This document shows positions 8,317 to 18,546 of a stretch of DNA of 64,000 nucleotides, one piece after another. The stretch spans positions 151,541 through 215,540 of the forward strand of contig JANRLI010000007.1 in the NCBI GenBank assembly GCA_033762625.1, in the 5' to 3' direction. The DNA comes from Alphaproteobacteria bacterium. Its GTDB lineage: Bacteria; Pseudomonadota; Alphaproteobacteria; UBA9219; RGZA01. The translations under genes were made by a program, and so were the position numbers. The stretch's first letter is position 1. The number at the start of each line of letters is the position of its first letter. The notes under the pieces were generated by a model. The model had not been told where the DNA came from, made no database searches, and saw only the letters and a list, made by a program, of their open reading frames with translations.

Positions 8317-10077
8317 ATGCTGAACCCCGTGCTACAACCAATTGATAACCGTACTGCCACGCTTGTTTCTCGCTTGTGGCGTCTCTGGATAAAGCCTTAC
8401 CGCACCCAAATTATCGGCGTGTTCGCGCTGATGATACTCGCTGCCGTAACGACCACGGCCTATCCGCTGGTCATTCAATGGACCTTCAAGCTGATAGATC
8501 AAAAAGATACACAAACAATTTACCTTATTCCTATTTTGATTATTGCGGTCACATCGTGCCGTGCCGCAACGCTTTATTTTCAGGCGATTTCAACCAGCGC
8601 CATGGTCAATCAAATTGTGCTTGATATTCAAAATGCACTTTACCGTCATTTACTTGGTTCCGATCTGGCGCGTCTGCAACGCGATGCTGCGGGCACGCTT
8701 ACATCGCGCTTCACGGCTGATGTGGAAGCGCTGCGTATGGCCATCAACCGCTGTCTTACCGGAATTGTGCGCGATGGGCTGACGGTAGTCGCGCTTCTTG
8801 GCACTATTTTGTACATCGATCCATTGCTCACCGTCATTGTGCTGGTTGTTTATCCGGTCATGGGCTATCCCATCATCCAAATCGGAAAACGCATCCGTAA
8901 AACCGCAGGTTCATTGCAAGCAGGAATTGGTGATTTAACTGCATTCTTGCAACAAAGCTTTTTGGGCGTTCGTATGATTAAATCATACCGTTTGGAAAGC
9001 GATGAAGCACACCGTGCCGATGGCGCATTTAAAACACTTTATACGGCATTGATGAAGGCATCACGCTTGCGTGCCCGCGTTGACCCCCTGTTGGAGGTCG
9101 CCAGCGGATTTGCCGTTGCAGGCGTACTTGCATTTGGCACATGGCGCGTGGCGTCAGGCACAGGAACCGTGGGTGATTTCACCGGCTTTGTCACGGCATT
9201 GCTAATGGCGGCGCAGCCGGTTCGCTCGCTGGGCAATCTGAATGCCGTGATGCAGGAAGGCCTAGCCGCAGCACAACGTGTGTTTGAAATTATGGATGAG
9301 CAACCACAGATTACGCAGCGCCCAAGCGCAATACCGCTTGCGATAAAACAAGGCCGCGTCGAATTGAAATCTGTCGTATTTGCGTATAAACCCGAACGCC
9401 CTGTTTTACAGAATTTAAATCTGGTGGCCGAAGCGGGGCAAACCGTTGCGCTGGTCGGGCGCAGTGGTGGCGGTAAATCCACGATCTTTAATATGCTCAC
9501 GCGTCTATATGATGTGCAGGGCGGGCAGGTGTTGATTGATGGGCAAGATGTGCGCGATGTCACCATCCCCAGTTTGCGGGATGCAGTAACTCTGGTTAGC
9601 CAAGATGTAATTGTGTTTAACGAAAGCGCCGCAGCCAATATTGGCTATGGGCGTAAAGGCGCGCCCATGGAAGATATCCAAGCCGCCGCCCAGGCAGCCG
9701 AAGCGCATGAATTCATCACGAAACTGCCGATGGGCTATGACACGGTAGTAGGGGAGCAAGGCAGTTCGTTATCCGGCGGACAAAAACAACGCCTCGTATT
9801 GGCGCGTGCGTTCCTGCGTAATAGTCCAATTTTATTGCTGGATGAAGCAACCTCTGCATTGGATGCAGCCTCCGAAGAAATGGTGCAGCATGCGATTAAA
9901 CGTCTGGCACAAGGCCGCACGACCTTCATCATCGCACACCGCTTATCCACCGTGCGTCAGGCTGATGTGATTTATGTGATTGATAAAGGCCAAGTGATTG
10001 AACAAGGCAAGCATGATGAATTGCTTGCCAAAAACGGCGCCTATGCCGAGCTATATCGCTTGCAGTTTAAGGCTTAA
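8317..10077 (+). CDS. msbA: ABC transporter permease/ATPase, MsbA-like lipid exporter
   Basis: 586 aa. N-terminal six-helix transmembrane domain, Walker A GRSGGGKST, signature LSGGQKQRLVLARA, and Walker B ILLLDEATSALD. Confidence 0.85.
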   Translation: MLNPVLQPIDNRTATLVSRLWRLWIKPYRTQIIGVFALMILAAVTTTAYPLVIQWTFKLIDQKDTQTIYLIPILIIAVTSCRAATLYFQAISTSAMVNQIVLDIQNALYRHLLGSDLARLQRDAAGTLTSRFTADVEALRMAINRCLTGIVRDGLTVVALLGTILYIDPLLTVIVLVVYPVMGYPIIQIGKRIRKTAGSLQAGIGDLTAFLQQSFLGVRMIKSYRLESDEAHRADGAFKTLYTALMKASRLRARVDPLLEVASGFAVAGVLAFGTWRVASGTGTVGDFTGFVTALLMAAQPVRSLGNLNAVMQEGLAAAQRVFEIMDEQPQITQRPSAIPLAIKQGRVELKSVVFAYKPERPVLQNLNLVAEAGQTVALVGRSGGGKSTIFNMLTRLYDVQGGQVLIDGQDVRDVTIPSLRDAVTLVSQDVIVFNESAAANIGYGRKGAPMEDIQAAAQAAEAHEFITKLPMGYDTVVGEQGSSLSGGQKQRLVLARAFLRNSPILLLDEATSALDAASEEMVQHAIKRLAQGRTTFIIAHRLSTVRQADVIYVIDKGQVIEQGKHDELLAKNGAYAELYRLQFKA

Positions 10078-10078
10078 A

Positions 10079-10825
10079 TCATTCCCGTTTCAGGAAATCG
10101 TTATACAGCCATTCGGCCCATCCCGCGATTTTGTGGGATGCAATAACAGCATCGCGGTCATAATGATTCATCGCCCATTCCATGAATGGCATCGGGGTCT
10201 TGGCGTTAAAATCGCGGTAGGTTTCAAAGAATTTATCCAAAACGCCCGCTTTAGACTGTTTGACATGTCCGAATTTAAACGACAACTGCTGCAACGCTTT
10301 TTCCACAGGCACGTTGTCATGAATGAGCAAATATAATGTGCTCATGATACCCACGCGGTCTGCGCCAGCTTTACAATGCATCAATGCCGGTTTTTTGATT
10401 TGCGCGAATAGCGCTTCCAGTTTTTCCAACACTTCACGGGTTGGCGGTTGGCGGGAATTCACCGGAAAATTAATCAGCTCCACGCCGTTTTCTCGGCATG
10501 CTTCGGCTTCCAGATAATAGGATGCGCAATCGCGCTCGCCGCGCAAATTCACAATGGTGCGTATGCCTTCTTTTGCCAATGCCGCAATTTGCGTTTGCGT
10601 GGGCTGGCTTGATCGCCACAATCCATCCGTCACGCGGTGGCGGTTCGGGTTGATAAGGCTCACAACCGTATGGTCGATGAACAATGATTCAACAATGGCC
10701 AATGCGCGCTGCCCTTGGGTTTCCATGGGGCCGCGGGCGGTTTTAAAGTCATGGCTCATACGCGCAAACCACCTGCGAATAGGGTCTTTACGTTTGGTCA
10801 CAAAGGGGCGTGGTTGGTACTGCAT
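10079..10825 (-). CDS. protein-tyrosine/dual-specificity phosphatase family protein
   Basis: CX5R catalytic loop HCKAGADRVG. Confidence 0.75.
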   Translation of the reverse strand: MQYQPRPFVTKRKDPIRRWFARMSHDFKTARGPMETQGQRALAIVESLFIDHTVVSLINPNRHRVTDGLWRSSQPTQTQIAALAKEGIRTIVNLRGERDCASYYLEAEACRENGVELINFPVNSRQPPTREVLEKLEALFAQIKKPALMHCKAGADRVGIMSTLYLLIHDNVPVEKALQQLSFKFGHVKQSKAGVLDKFFETYRDFNAKTPMPFMEWAMNHYDRDAVIASHKIAGWAEWLYNDFLKRE

Positions 10826-10927
10826 AGCCTTAATTATTAAGCCAAAAATTAATGTGGGGCATTTACATTTATGTGTTCCCTAGTAAGCTCCACCCATATG
10901 CTGCGTCAAGCAAAGAAAAGGATTTTT

Positions 10928-11923
10928 ATGCGTTCAACCCTCGAACCGAACTATTTAAGACGCCTTGTGGGGATTTTCGGCACCATATTTGCCATTTATG
11001 TTGTGTTTTTGGCCTTTTTGGTGTTGGTTCAGCGCCAGCTGATGTATTTCCCCGATGACATCCGTTTCTCGCCAACGCAAGCGCGTTTGGAAGGATTCAC
11101 TGAACTAAATTATGTCAGTGCGGATGGCATCAAGCTTCATGGATTTTTTGCGCCCCCAAAACCCAATCGTAAACTGACCATCGTATTCTTTCAGGGCAAT
11201 GCCCAAAATCTTGGTGTGCGTGTTGAAAAAATCAAGATGTGGCGTGACCAAGGTTATGGCGTGATGCTGGCAACGTATCGCGGGTTTGAAAAAAATGAAG
11301 GTAGCCCAAGTGAAACGGGGTTGTATCAAGATGCACGTAGCGCAATTGAAGCTATCCGCCAAAAGGGTGTTCCCATCAGCAATATGATTATATATGGGGA
11401 ATCCCTTGGAACAGGTATTGCGGTTGAAATGGCCGCTGAAATGGGCAGCGTTGCGCCGCCTGCCGGTGTTGTTTTAGAAGTTCCCTATACATCTATTCCA
11501 GAAGTTGGCGCGTATCGCTACCCATTCGTGCCGATTTTCTGGATGCTGTGGGACAGGTATGAATCTGTGACCAAAATGAAAAATATTAAAGCGCCCGTGC
11601 TGATTTTGCAGGCCGGGCAGGATAAAGTTATTCCGCCCATATTTGCCAAAAAATTATTCGAAGCAGCACAACCGCCAAAAAGCATGCTGACGAATATCAA
11701 GGCAGGGCATATGGAAATTTATTCATCTGCCGATATTGTAAAAAGCATCTTTGCATGGATGGGCGATATCGAGAAAGTAACGCCGCTTCCAGCTGCAACC
11801 GCTGCGCCAGTTGCGCCGCCCGCGGCCCAGCCTGTTATCCAGCAATCCGTTGTTCAGCAAGCGCCCGCCCCAGCACAAGCGTCACCCCCAGCGCCTGCAA
11901 CCAAACACCGCCGCCGGAATTAA
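10928..11923 (+). CDS. membrane-anchored alpha/beta hydrolase with an Ala/Pro-rich C-terminal tail
   Basis: N-terminal transmembrane helix, GESLGTG nucleophile elbow, and a C-terminal PAATAAPVAPPAAQP low-complexity tail. The ATG at 10928 has an AAAAGGA ribosome-binding site. Confidence 0.7.
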   Translation: MRSTLEPNYLRRLVGIFGTIFAIYVVFLAFLVLVQRQLMYFPDDIRFSPTQARLEGFTELNYVSADGIKLHGFFAPPKPNRKLTIVFFQGNAQNLGVRVEKIKMWRDQGYGVMLATYRGFEKNEGSPSETGLYQDARSAIEAIRQKGVPISNMIIYGESLGTGIAVEMAAEMGSVAPPAGVVLEVPYTSIPEVGAYRYPFVPIFWMLWDRYESVTKMKNIKAPVLILQAGQDKVIPPIFAKKLFEAAQPPKSMLTNIKAGHMEIYSSADIVKSIFAWMGDIEKVTPLPAATAAPVAPPAAQPVIQQSVVQQAPAPAQASPPAPATKHRRRN

Positions 11924-11930
11924 GCGCTAT

Positions 11931-12698
11931 TTATCGGTATAGGCACTCGCCTTTGCCATTGCCCAGGTATCTGAATGTCAACGCAATCGAACCGCCATGA
12001 GTAGGCGGGCAGCTTACGTTACCAGCGCTGATTTTATAAAATCCGCCTTGATCAATCACGGTGCCGTTAACCGGCTGCTTGATTTTTTTACATGCAAGGG
12101 TTGGAAGAACATTCACTTCCGTCAATGGTTGGCTAAAGCGTTGCTGCGCTAATGTTGTCCGACCCATCGATAATATGGAACCGTTTCTTTCGCCCATTGC
12201 CAGGACTACCGCGTTTTCAAATGTGCAATTCGCAACAATCTCCTGCGGGCTTAAGCCAAGCTGCTGATAAAGTGCGTTTACTTCTTGCTGACCAATTGAA
12301 GCAGGTTGTAATTCAACACTGAAGGTGTTTGCGCCGTTTCCAGGCGGTATGACAACAGGGGGTTGGCTGACGCTAACAATTTGAAGGGTACCATCGGGTT
12401 GCGGTGGTACGAATGCGGGTTGTTGTGGTACGGGCTGTGGTGTTGGTCGCGCTTGCTGAGCTGGATTTGGAGCAGGCTGTTGGCCAATGGGTTGTTGCGC
12501 GGCTGGTTGTTGCTGCGAAGGGGGCATTGCTTTTTGGGTATTGGTGGGCGCGACAGGCGCGGGCTTTACGGCAATCCCCAAATCAACGGGATGCGCCGCC
12601 TGATTATTGGGGCGCACAAACATATCCTGAGCATACGCATTCACGCCCGCACAAAGCATAAAAATCAACAACGCTAAAAACCGATAATATGCCCGCAT
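11931..12698 (-). CDS. secreted protein with a Pro/Gln-rich linker and a Cys-containing C-terminal domain
   Basis: Signal peptide MRAYYRFLALLIFMLCAGVNAYAQD, then the linker PPSQQQPAAQQPIGQQPAPNPAQQARPTPQPVPQQPAFVPPQP. Confidence 0.5.
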   Translation of the reverse strand: MRAYYRFLALLIFMLCAGVNAYAQDMFVRPNNQAAHPVDLGIAVKPAPVAPTNTQKAMPPSQQQPAAQQPIGQQPAPNPAQQARPTPQPVPQQPAFVPPQPDGTLQIVSVSQPPVVIPPGNGANTFSVELQPASIGQQEVNALYQQLGLSPQEIVANCTFENAVVLAMGERNGSILSMGRTTLAQQRFSQPLTEVNVLPTLACKKIKQPVNGTVIDQGGFYKISAGNVSCPPTHGGSIALTFRYLGNGKGECLYR

Positions 12699-12814
12699 GG
12701 GAAACCCTGCATTACTGTTGGCCTGATTCTAAAACCATTTTGCTGCCTTGAATGCCCAAAAGCAATCGGGGCATAATGGCGGTATCCTGCTAACCCCCAG
12801 ATATTGAGCGCCAA

Positions 12815-13327
12815 ATGCCTAAACAAATTCTTAAATGGGTTGCATATCTGCTTATCGCCTTAAGCGCCGCAGTTATTTTCAATGGCTTATTTGTTTCGGG
12901 CAAGGGTGTCCATGACGCGATGGAAGCCAGCAGTCTCAAATCTGACCAGTTGATGATTGTCACGGCAGACAAGAAACAGCATGTATTTAAGATTGAGCTC
13001 GCACTCACGGTGGATGAGCAGCAAAAGGGGTTGATGAATCGCGAAAAAATTGCCGATGACTACGGAATGCTGTTTGTTTATACCCGCGTTCAGGAAACAT
13101 CGATGTGGATGAAAAACACGCTAATTCCGCTTGATATGCTGTTTATCGACAATAACGGCAAGATTGTCTGGATTGCCGAAAATGCCAAACCCTTTGATGA
13201 ACGGGCGATTTCGTCCCATTTTCCGGTGCGTGCAACCCTTGAAATCAAGGGCGGGCAGGTGGCGGCGAGGGGCATAAAACTCGGCGATACCGTATTTAAC
13301 AGCTATTTTGGCAATACAGATAAGTAG
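12815..13327 (+). CDS. DUF192 (COG1430) family protein
   Basis: N-terminal transmembrane/signal segment. The motif MWMKNTLIPLDMLFID is typical of DUF192. Confidence 0.75.
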   Translation: MPKQILKWVAYLLIALSAAVIFNGLFVSGKGVHDAMEASSLKSDQLMIVTADKKQHVFKIELALTVDEQQKGLMNREKIADDYGMLFVYTRVQETSMWMKNTLIPLDMLFIDNNGKIVWIAENAKPFDERAISSHFPVRATLEIKGGQVAARGIKLGDTVFNSYFGNTDK

Positions 13328-13381
13328 CTAATTTTGCTATTGAATTAAGTCGGCTAAACGCCTAGAAAAACCTACTTACTT

Positions 13382-13459
13382 CGGGGCGTAGCTCAGCCTG
13401 GCTAGAGCGCTAGTTTTGGGTACTAGAGGCCCACGGTTCGAATCCGTGCGCCCCGACCA
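13382..13459 (+). tRNA. tRNA-Pro (anticodon TGG)
   Basis: Acceptor CGGGGCG/CGCCCCG, anticodon stem CTAGT/ACTAG, anticodon loop TTTGGGT, T-arm GGTTCGAATCC, 3' ACCA. Confidence 0.85.
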
Positions 13460-13480
13460 TCTTTTCGTTATCATCTCCAC

Positions 13481-13792
13481 ATGACCCTTCGCGTTCGCAT
13501 TTTCCAAGCCGCAAAAAGTACCATGCAGTCTGGCCGCGCCAAGTCCAGTGAGTGGAATATTGAACCAGAATTGCAAACCGCGCGCACGCCAGAACCCATC
13601 ATGGGCTGGGCCAGCGCAGGCGATACACTGGGCGAGTTGAAATACAGAATGCAGTTTAACGACAAGGCACAGGCTATTGCTTTTGCAGAAAAACAGGGCT
13701 GGGAATATTCGGTGGCAGAACCGGCAGTCCGTGTGATTACACCCAAAAATTACCTGGATAATTTCAAGACCACCCGCCCGCAGGATGAATAG
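13481..13792 (+). CDS. ETC complex I subunit conserved region protein (NDUFS4-like)
   Basis: 103 aa. The wording 'RAKSSEWNIEPE...EPIMGWASAGDTLGELKYRMQF...AIAFAEKQGWEY' is characteristic of the alphaproteobacterial NDUFS4-like family. Confidence 0.75.
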   Translation: MTLRVRIFQAAKSTMQSGRAKSSEWNIEPELQTARTPEPIMGWASAGDTLGELKYRMQFNDKAQAIAFAEKQGWEYSVAEPAVRVITPKNYLDNFKTTRPQDE

Positions 13793-13917
13793 CTCTTTGC
13801 CGAAGGCAAATGGGCTTACGAGCTCGAAACGGCGCAGTGTTTTGGCGGCATTTTGCCCACTAGTAGCTTTTTAACGCTTAGGTTTTATGCTACGCAGGAC
13901 TAGTAAACCTGCTGCAA

Positions 13918-13994
13918 GACCCCGTAGCTCAGCTGGATAGAGCAATTGCCTTCTAAGCAATAGGTCGTACGTTCAAATCGTATCGGGGTCGCCA
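13918..13994 (+). tRNA. tRNA-Arg (anticodon TCT)
   Basis: Acceptor GACCCCG/CGGGGTC, anticodon stem ATTGC/GCAAT, anticodon loop CTTCTAA, T-arm GTTCAAATC, 3' GCCA. Confidence 0.85.
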
Positions 13995-13999
13995 GTTTT

Positions 14000-16900
14000 C
14001 TAATCCAGCTTCAGCAAATTCACATCGCCGCCGGCGGCTGCAAGGTTTTGCGTAATCACGCGCTCGGTTGCAAAGCGCATCAGGTAATTTGGCCCGCCGG
14101 CCTTTGGCCCTGTGCCCGATAATGCATCGCCGCCAAAGGGCTGGCTGCCCACAACTGCGCCGATGATGGAGCGGTTGATATACAAATTTCCAACACGCAG
14201 ATGTTTTTTGGCAAGTTCAATCGTTGGTTCAATGCGGCTGTGAAGTCCGCCCGTCAGGCCGTAGCCAAGCTTATTGATGGCATCAAAGGTCTGCACCAAT
14301 TCGCCGGTTTTAAACCGCACCACATGCAATATTGGCCCGAATACTTCTTTATCCAATGCTGAAATGGCGGGGATTTCCCATGCTTGCGGCAACACATAAT
14401 GCCCCATGTTCACGGCTTCGGTGGCACGTGCGGTGCCGATTAACTTCGCGCTGCCCTTTAATAACCGTTCATGTGCTTCCAGCATTTCTTTGGCGTGCTG
14501 GTCAATCACTGGGCCAACATCGGCGCACAGATGCATGGGGTCATCCACGCGCAGTTCTAATAATGCGCCTTTTAGCATGGCAATCACTTCATCAGCGATG
14601 CTGTCTTGTAATACCAAAAGCCGCGCAGCCGAACAGCGTTGGCCAGCGCTGCGGAATGCACTTATCATCACATCATCAACAATTTGTTCCGGCAAAGCGG
14701 AGCTATCGGCAATCAATGCATTGATGCCGCCTGTTTCAGCGATGAAGGGGATGATAGGCGCATCTTTTTCTGCCAATGCGCGGTTGATGGCGCGCGCGGT
14801 GGCAGTGGAGCCGGTGAACGCCACACCCGCTAATAACGGGTGATTGATAATTTGTGCCCCTACATCAGAATAGCCGGGCAGCATAGCGATAACATTCGCG
14901 GGAACGCCGCTTTCCAGCATCAAATCAATAAATTTGGCGGCAACCAGCGGTGTTTGCTCGGCGGGTTTTGCTACAACCGTATTACCTGCCAATAATGCGC
15001 CAATAATTTGCCCTGCAAAAATCGCCAGCGGAAAATTCCACGGCGCAATGCACGCAAACACACCGCGTCCATGAATGCGCAATTCGTTGCTTTCGCCATT
15101 TATACCGCGAAGCGGTGTGGGCGCAGCGAACAATTCACGCGCACGTGCGGCATAATACCGGCAATAATCAACCGTTTCTCGGATTTCGCCAATCGCATCG
15201 GCAATGGTTTTTCCGCCTTCATAACACAACAGCGCCATGAGTTGTTCGCGGTGTTCTTCCAGCTTGTGCGCAAGTCGCTCAATAGGAATACAGCGTTCAT
15301 GTACCGGCTTTGCCGACCATGCAGGGAAAGCAGCATCCAGACTTTGCATCGCGGTATTGACATGCATCGGAATGGCATCGACGCATTCACCAATTTTTTG
15401 ATAACTATTGGCAGGCGAATTCATTTCCCGCGCCAGATTGTCCTTTTGCTTTTTGCCGTCAATGACCGGAAAAGCCTGCCAAACTTGGGCTTTTGCTGCT
15501 TTTAGCATCGCGGTAATTTTGGCAGTCACAGCGCTATCATGCAGATTTATCCCGGCCGAGTTCATGCGCTCTGCGCCAAAAATATGTGCCGGCAAGGGGA
15601 TGGCGGGGTGGGATTTTACATCCGCATCTTCCCATTTTTGCAACGGGTCTGCGGTCAACGCATCTACATCTAATGTGCCTTGGTGCAATTGATTGACAAA
15701 AGATGTGTTGGCGCTGTTTTCCAACAAACGACGCACCAGATAGCTCAACAATTCCTTATGCGGGCCAACGGGGGCATAGACACAACTCGGCACGCCTTCA
15801 TCGAGCATTTTGGCATGTAAATCTTCGCCCATGCCATGCAGACGCTGGATTTCATAATCCCGTTCATCGCCAGCCATCGCTTTTATAGACAAAACGGTGC
15901 GCAAATTATGCGTACCGAATTGCGGGAAAATCACATCGCGCCAGCCCAGCAGTTTTTTGGCGCATGCCAAATACGCAATATCTGTAGCTTCTTTTCGTGT
16001 ATAAACGGGGTAATTAGCCAGCCCGCGTTCCTGCGCGCGTTTGATTTCCGTATCCCAATAAGCGCCTTTTACCAACCGCACGGTTATCTTCACGCCATGT
16101 AATTGCGCTTGCGCATACAGCCAATCCAAAACAGCAGGCGCGCGTTTCTGGTATGCCTGCACCGCAATGCCAAATCCGTTGTAATTTTTCAAGTGCGGGC
16201 TTGCCAATACCTGTTCGATAATGGCGAGTGAGAGTTCCAATCGCTCGGCTTCCTCCGCATCAATTGTCAGCCCAATGTTATGGTGTGCGGCAATCTCTAC
16301 TAAATCCATCAAACGCGGTGTGATTTCGTTTAACACGCGTTCGTGCTGTGCCCATTCATACCGCGGATGCAGCGCGGAAAGCTTAACAGAAATAGACGGT
16401 CCATGAACCGCATTGCCGCCAACCTTGTGCATCGCATTGTATCCTGCCAATGCTTCAATCGCGTGTTTATACGCCATGAAATAACGCTCGGCATCGATAG
16501 CGGTATGGGCGGCTTCGCCCAGCATGTCGAAGGAATAACGCTCTAAAGCATGTTTCTTCTTATTGCTGTTTTGTATGGCGTTTTCAATTGTGGTGCCTAG
16601 CACAAAGTGCTCGCCCAAACGCTTCATACCCATGCGTACGGCTTCGCGTAAACCATGCTGGCTTATCTTGTTAACCCACGAACTTAATGGATTGGATGAA
16701 CTGACATCCTTGCCCAGCGATAGCCCAAGCCAAGCCATTTTGGAAATCATATCCGGGTAATGTTGCAGATATTCGCGCCAATTTCCTTGCGATAATTTAT
16801 CTGCAATCAGCGCATCGGCCGTCGGATCATCGGGAATGCGCGGTAGCGCTTCGGCAAGTCCCATCAATGCAACGCCTTCCTTATCGGTCAGGCGGAAACG

Positions 16901-17125
16901 GTGAATAAGACGTTCAATCGGTTCGGCTTTTTGTGCCGCGTCGCGCAGATAGCTTAGCCACTCTTTTGCCTGCGCGCTTACTTGCCGTTCATCTTGAATG
17001 GAAAGGCGACCTAAAGGGGTAAGGGCGCGAATGCAGCTTTCTTCGTCGGCCAGCGTAAGCTGTGTTATCCGGCGGCGAAGTTCTTCAAGATTGGTGTTGT
17101 TATTATCCAGTGGCATCCGGCTCAT
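14000..17125 (-). CDS. putA: bifunctional proline dehydrogenase / delta-1-pyrroline-5-carboxylate dehydrogenase
   Basis: 1041 aa. N-terminal PRODH barrel, central aldehyde-dehydrogenase core (FTGSTATARAINRALAEKDAPIIPFIAETGGINALIADSSALPEQ) and a C-terminal domain. Confidence 0.95.
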   Translation of the reverse strand: MSRMPLDNNNTNLEELRRRITQLTLADEESCIRALTPLGRLSIQDERQVSAQAKEWLSYLRDAAQKAEPIERLIHRFRLTDKEGVALMGLAEALPRIPDDPTADALIADKLSQGNWREYLQHYPDMISKMAWLGLSLGKDVSSSNPLSSWVNKISQHGLREAVRMGMKRLGEHFVLGTTIENAIQNSNKKKHALERYSFDMLGEAAHTAIDAERYFMAYKHAIEALAGYNAMHKVGGNAVHGPSISVKLSALHPRYEWAQHERVLNEITPRLMDLVEIAAHHNIGLTIDAEEAERLELSLAIIEQVLASPHLKNYNGFGIAVQAYQKRAPAVLDWLYAQAQLHGVKITVRLVKGAYWDTEIKRAQERGLANYPVYTRKEATDIAYLACAKKLLGWRDVIFPQFGTHNLRTVLSIKAMAGDERDYEIQRLHGMGEDLHAKMLDEGVPSCVYAPVGPHKELLSYLVRRLLENSANTSFVNQLHQGTLDVDALTADPLQKWEDADVKSHPAIPLPAHIFGAERMNSAGINLHDSAVTAKITAMLKAAKAQVWQAFPVIDGKKQKDNLAREMNSPANSYQKIGECVDAIPMHVNTAMQSLDAAFPAWSAKPVHERCIPIERLAHKLEEHREQLMALLCYEGGKTIADAIGEIRETVDYCRYYAARARELFAAPTPLRGINGESNELRIHGRGVFACIAPWNFPLAIFAGQIIGALLAGNTVVAKPAEQTPLVAAKFIDLMLESGVPANVIAMLPGYSDVGAQIINHPLLAGVAFTGSTATARAINRALAEKDAPIIPFIAETGGINALIADSSALPEQIVDDVMISAFRSAGQRCSAARLLVLQDSIADEVIAMLKGALLELRVDDPMHLCADVGPVIDQHAKEMLEAHERLLKGSAKLIGTARATEAVNMGHYVLPQAWEIPAISALDKEVFGPILHVVRFKTGELVQTFDAINKLGYGLTGGLHSRIEPTIELAKKHLRVGNLYINRSIIGAVVGSQPFGGDALSGTGPKAGGPNYLMRFATERVITQNLAAAGGDVNLLKLD

Positions 17126-17175
17126 CGGGGATAGCGATTCATAAATTTGAAAACCTCATTAAATATTAATCAAAA

Positions 17176-17910
17176 ATGGTTAATAAAGGTAAACGCACCC
17201 ATAGTGCAGTAAAATATGAGGATGAAATGACGCACAACAAAGCACCGCTTTTGCAACGAATGAAAGATGCCGGATTTCGCAGCGTGGATTTTCTAATCCT
17301 CGCTTTGTTTTTTGGCTATCTCGCATTCATGGTTGCGCAGTTATCGGGTGAGGTAAGCTTTGAAAAAGGAATTTTGCTCGCCATTTTATCCTATTACATG
17401 CTTCGCATCTTTTATGAATTCACATTCAATCGCGGTAATATCCCGACCATGGCGACAGGTTTTTTTGAAATCAAAAAAATCGCCGAACTGATAAAAGCTG
17501 ACTTCAAAGCTAAAAACAAAACCGATTATCATGTGCTCGATTGCGGGTCAGGCAAGGGGCAAATGACCCGCACGATTGCGCGTGCAGTGCCAGCCGCGTA
17601 TGTGTTGGGGCTTGAAATGGCAACGCTGCCATATCAGCAATCGCAGTTTTTTAAAAAGCTGTTTGGGTTCAAGAATATCGAATACCAGCAAAAGGATTTC
17701 TTCGCCCATGATTGCCGGAATGCCGATGCAGTCGTGATTTTCTTAAATGGCCGTATAACAGAGCTTTTGGGCGAAAAGCTCTATGATGAATTGAAAGCCG
17801 GCGCTTTGGTCATAACTAATGAATTTGAACTAAAAGGCCGTTGGCCCGCGCCGGAAGCGATAACCATGTACACCCCGTTCAAGGGTAATTTGTTTGTCTA
17901 TCGCAGATAG
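17176..17910 (+). CDS. membrane-anchored class I SAM-dependent methyltransferase
   Basis: Two N-terminal transmembrane helices, then the SAM motif I VLDCGSGKGQ. Confidence 0.6.
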   Translation: MVNKGKRTHSAVKYEDEMTHNKAPLLQRMKDAGFRSVDFLILALFFGYLAFMVAQLSGEVSFEKGILLAILSYYMLRIFYEFTFNRGNIPTMATGFFEIKKIAELIKADFKAKNKTDYHVLDCGSGKGQMTRTIARAVPAAYVLGLEMATLPYQQSQFFKKLFGFKNIEYQQKDFFAHDCRNADAVVIFLNGRITELLGEKLYDELKAGALVITNEFELKGRWPAPEAITMYTPFKGNLFVYRR

Positions 17911-18187
17911 ATTGAATTAGCGTTTGTTCATGAACGACAGGCACTCCACAACTGATAGCCAGATGGGGGCGGTGTCGTTATCTGATCCATTGCGTGCGTG
18001 GGAAACGGCTTGCGGCAAAGCCTGCTCGCCATATTGTGCGCGCATCAAACCGGCGAGTGCCCAGGATTCATGAAGTTGTTGAGTGTTGTTTTGCATCGTA
18101 CCTAGCCCTTTATAATTCTTCCCGTTCTATTTGCGGGTGCACGGTTTCTAGCAACAAAGGGTTGAGGCCAAGTTAAAAACAGCTTTA

Positions 18188-18529
18188 TCAATCTTTAATG
18201 GCACGAAAAAAGCAATTGGGTGCGCCCGTGTGACATGCCGCGCCGGTTTGTTCAACCATCAACAGCAGTGTATCGCCATCGCAATCAATAAAAGCTTCCA
18301 CCAGTTTCTGCGTATGGCCGGATGTTTCGCCTTTGCGCCAAAGTTTTTGGCGGGAGCGTGAATAATATGTCACATCTTTTGTTTTGAGGGTAATGCCTAA
18401 TGCTTCCTTGTTCATCCACGCCATCATCAGCACGTCTTTGCTTTTGACATCCTGCGCGATAACGGCCACAAGGCCATCGGCATTATATGTGACTTCGGTT
18501 TCAAGCTGGAGCGGGGTAACGGTCTGCAT
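18188..18529 (-). CDS. hisI: phosphoribosyl-AMP cyclohydrolase
   Basis: 113 aa with the conserved HisI blocks MAWMNKEAL..., [18 protein letters not shown] and [20 protein letters not shown]. Confidence 0.85.
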   Translation of the reverse strand: MQTVTPLQLETEVTYNADGLVAVIAQDVKSKDVLMMAWMNKEALGITLKTKDVTYYSRSRQKLWRKGETSGHTQKLVEAFIDCDGDTLLLMVEQTGAACHTGAPNCFFRAIKD

Positions 18530-18546
18530 AAGCTATTATAGTGTTC

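Noticed and set aside
13376-13576. Small minus-strand ORFs overlapping tRNA-Pro (13376..13576) and tRNA-Met (48714..48968)
   Set aside because: They overlap well-folded tRNA genes and have no ribosome-binding site or homology.
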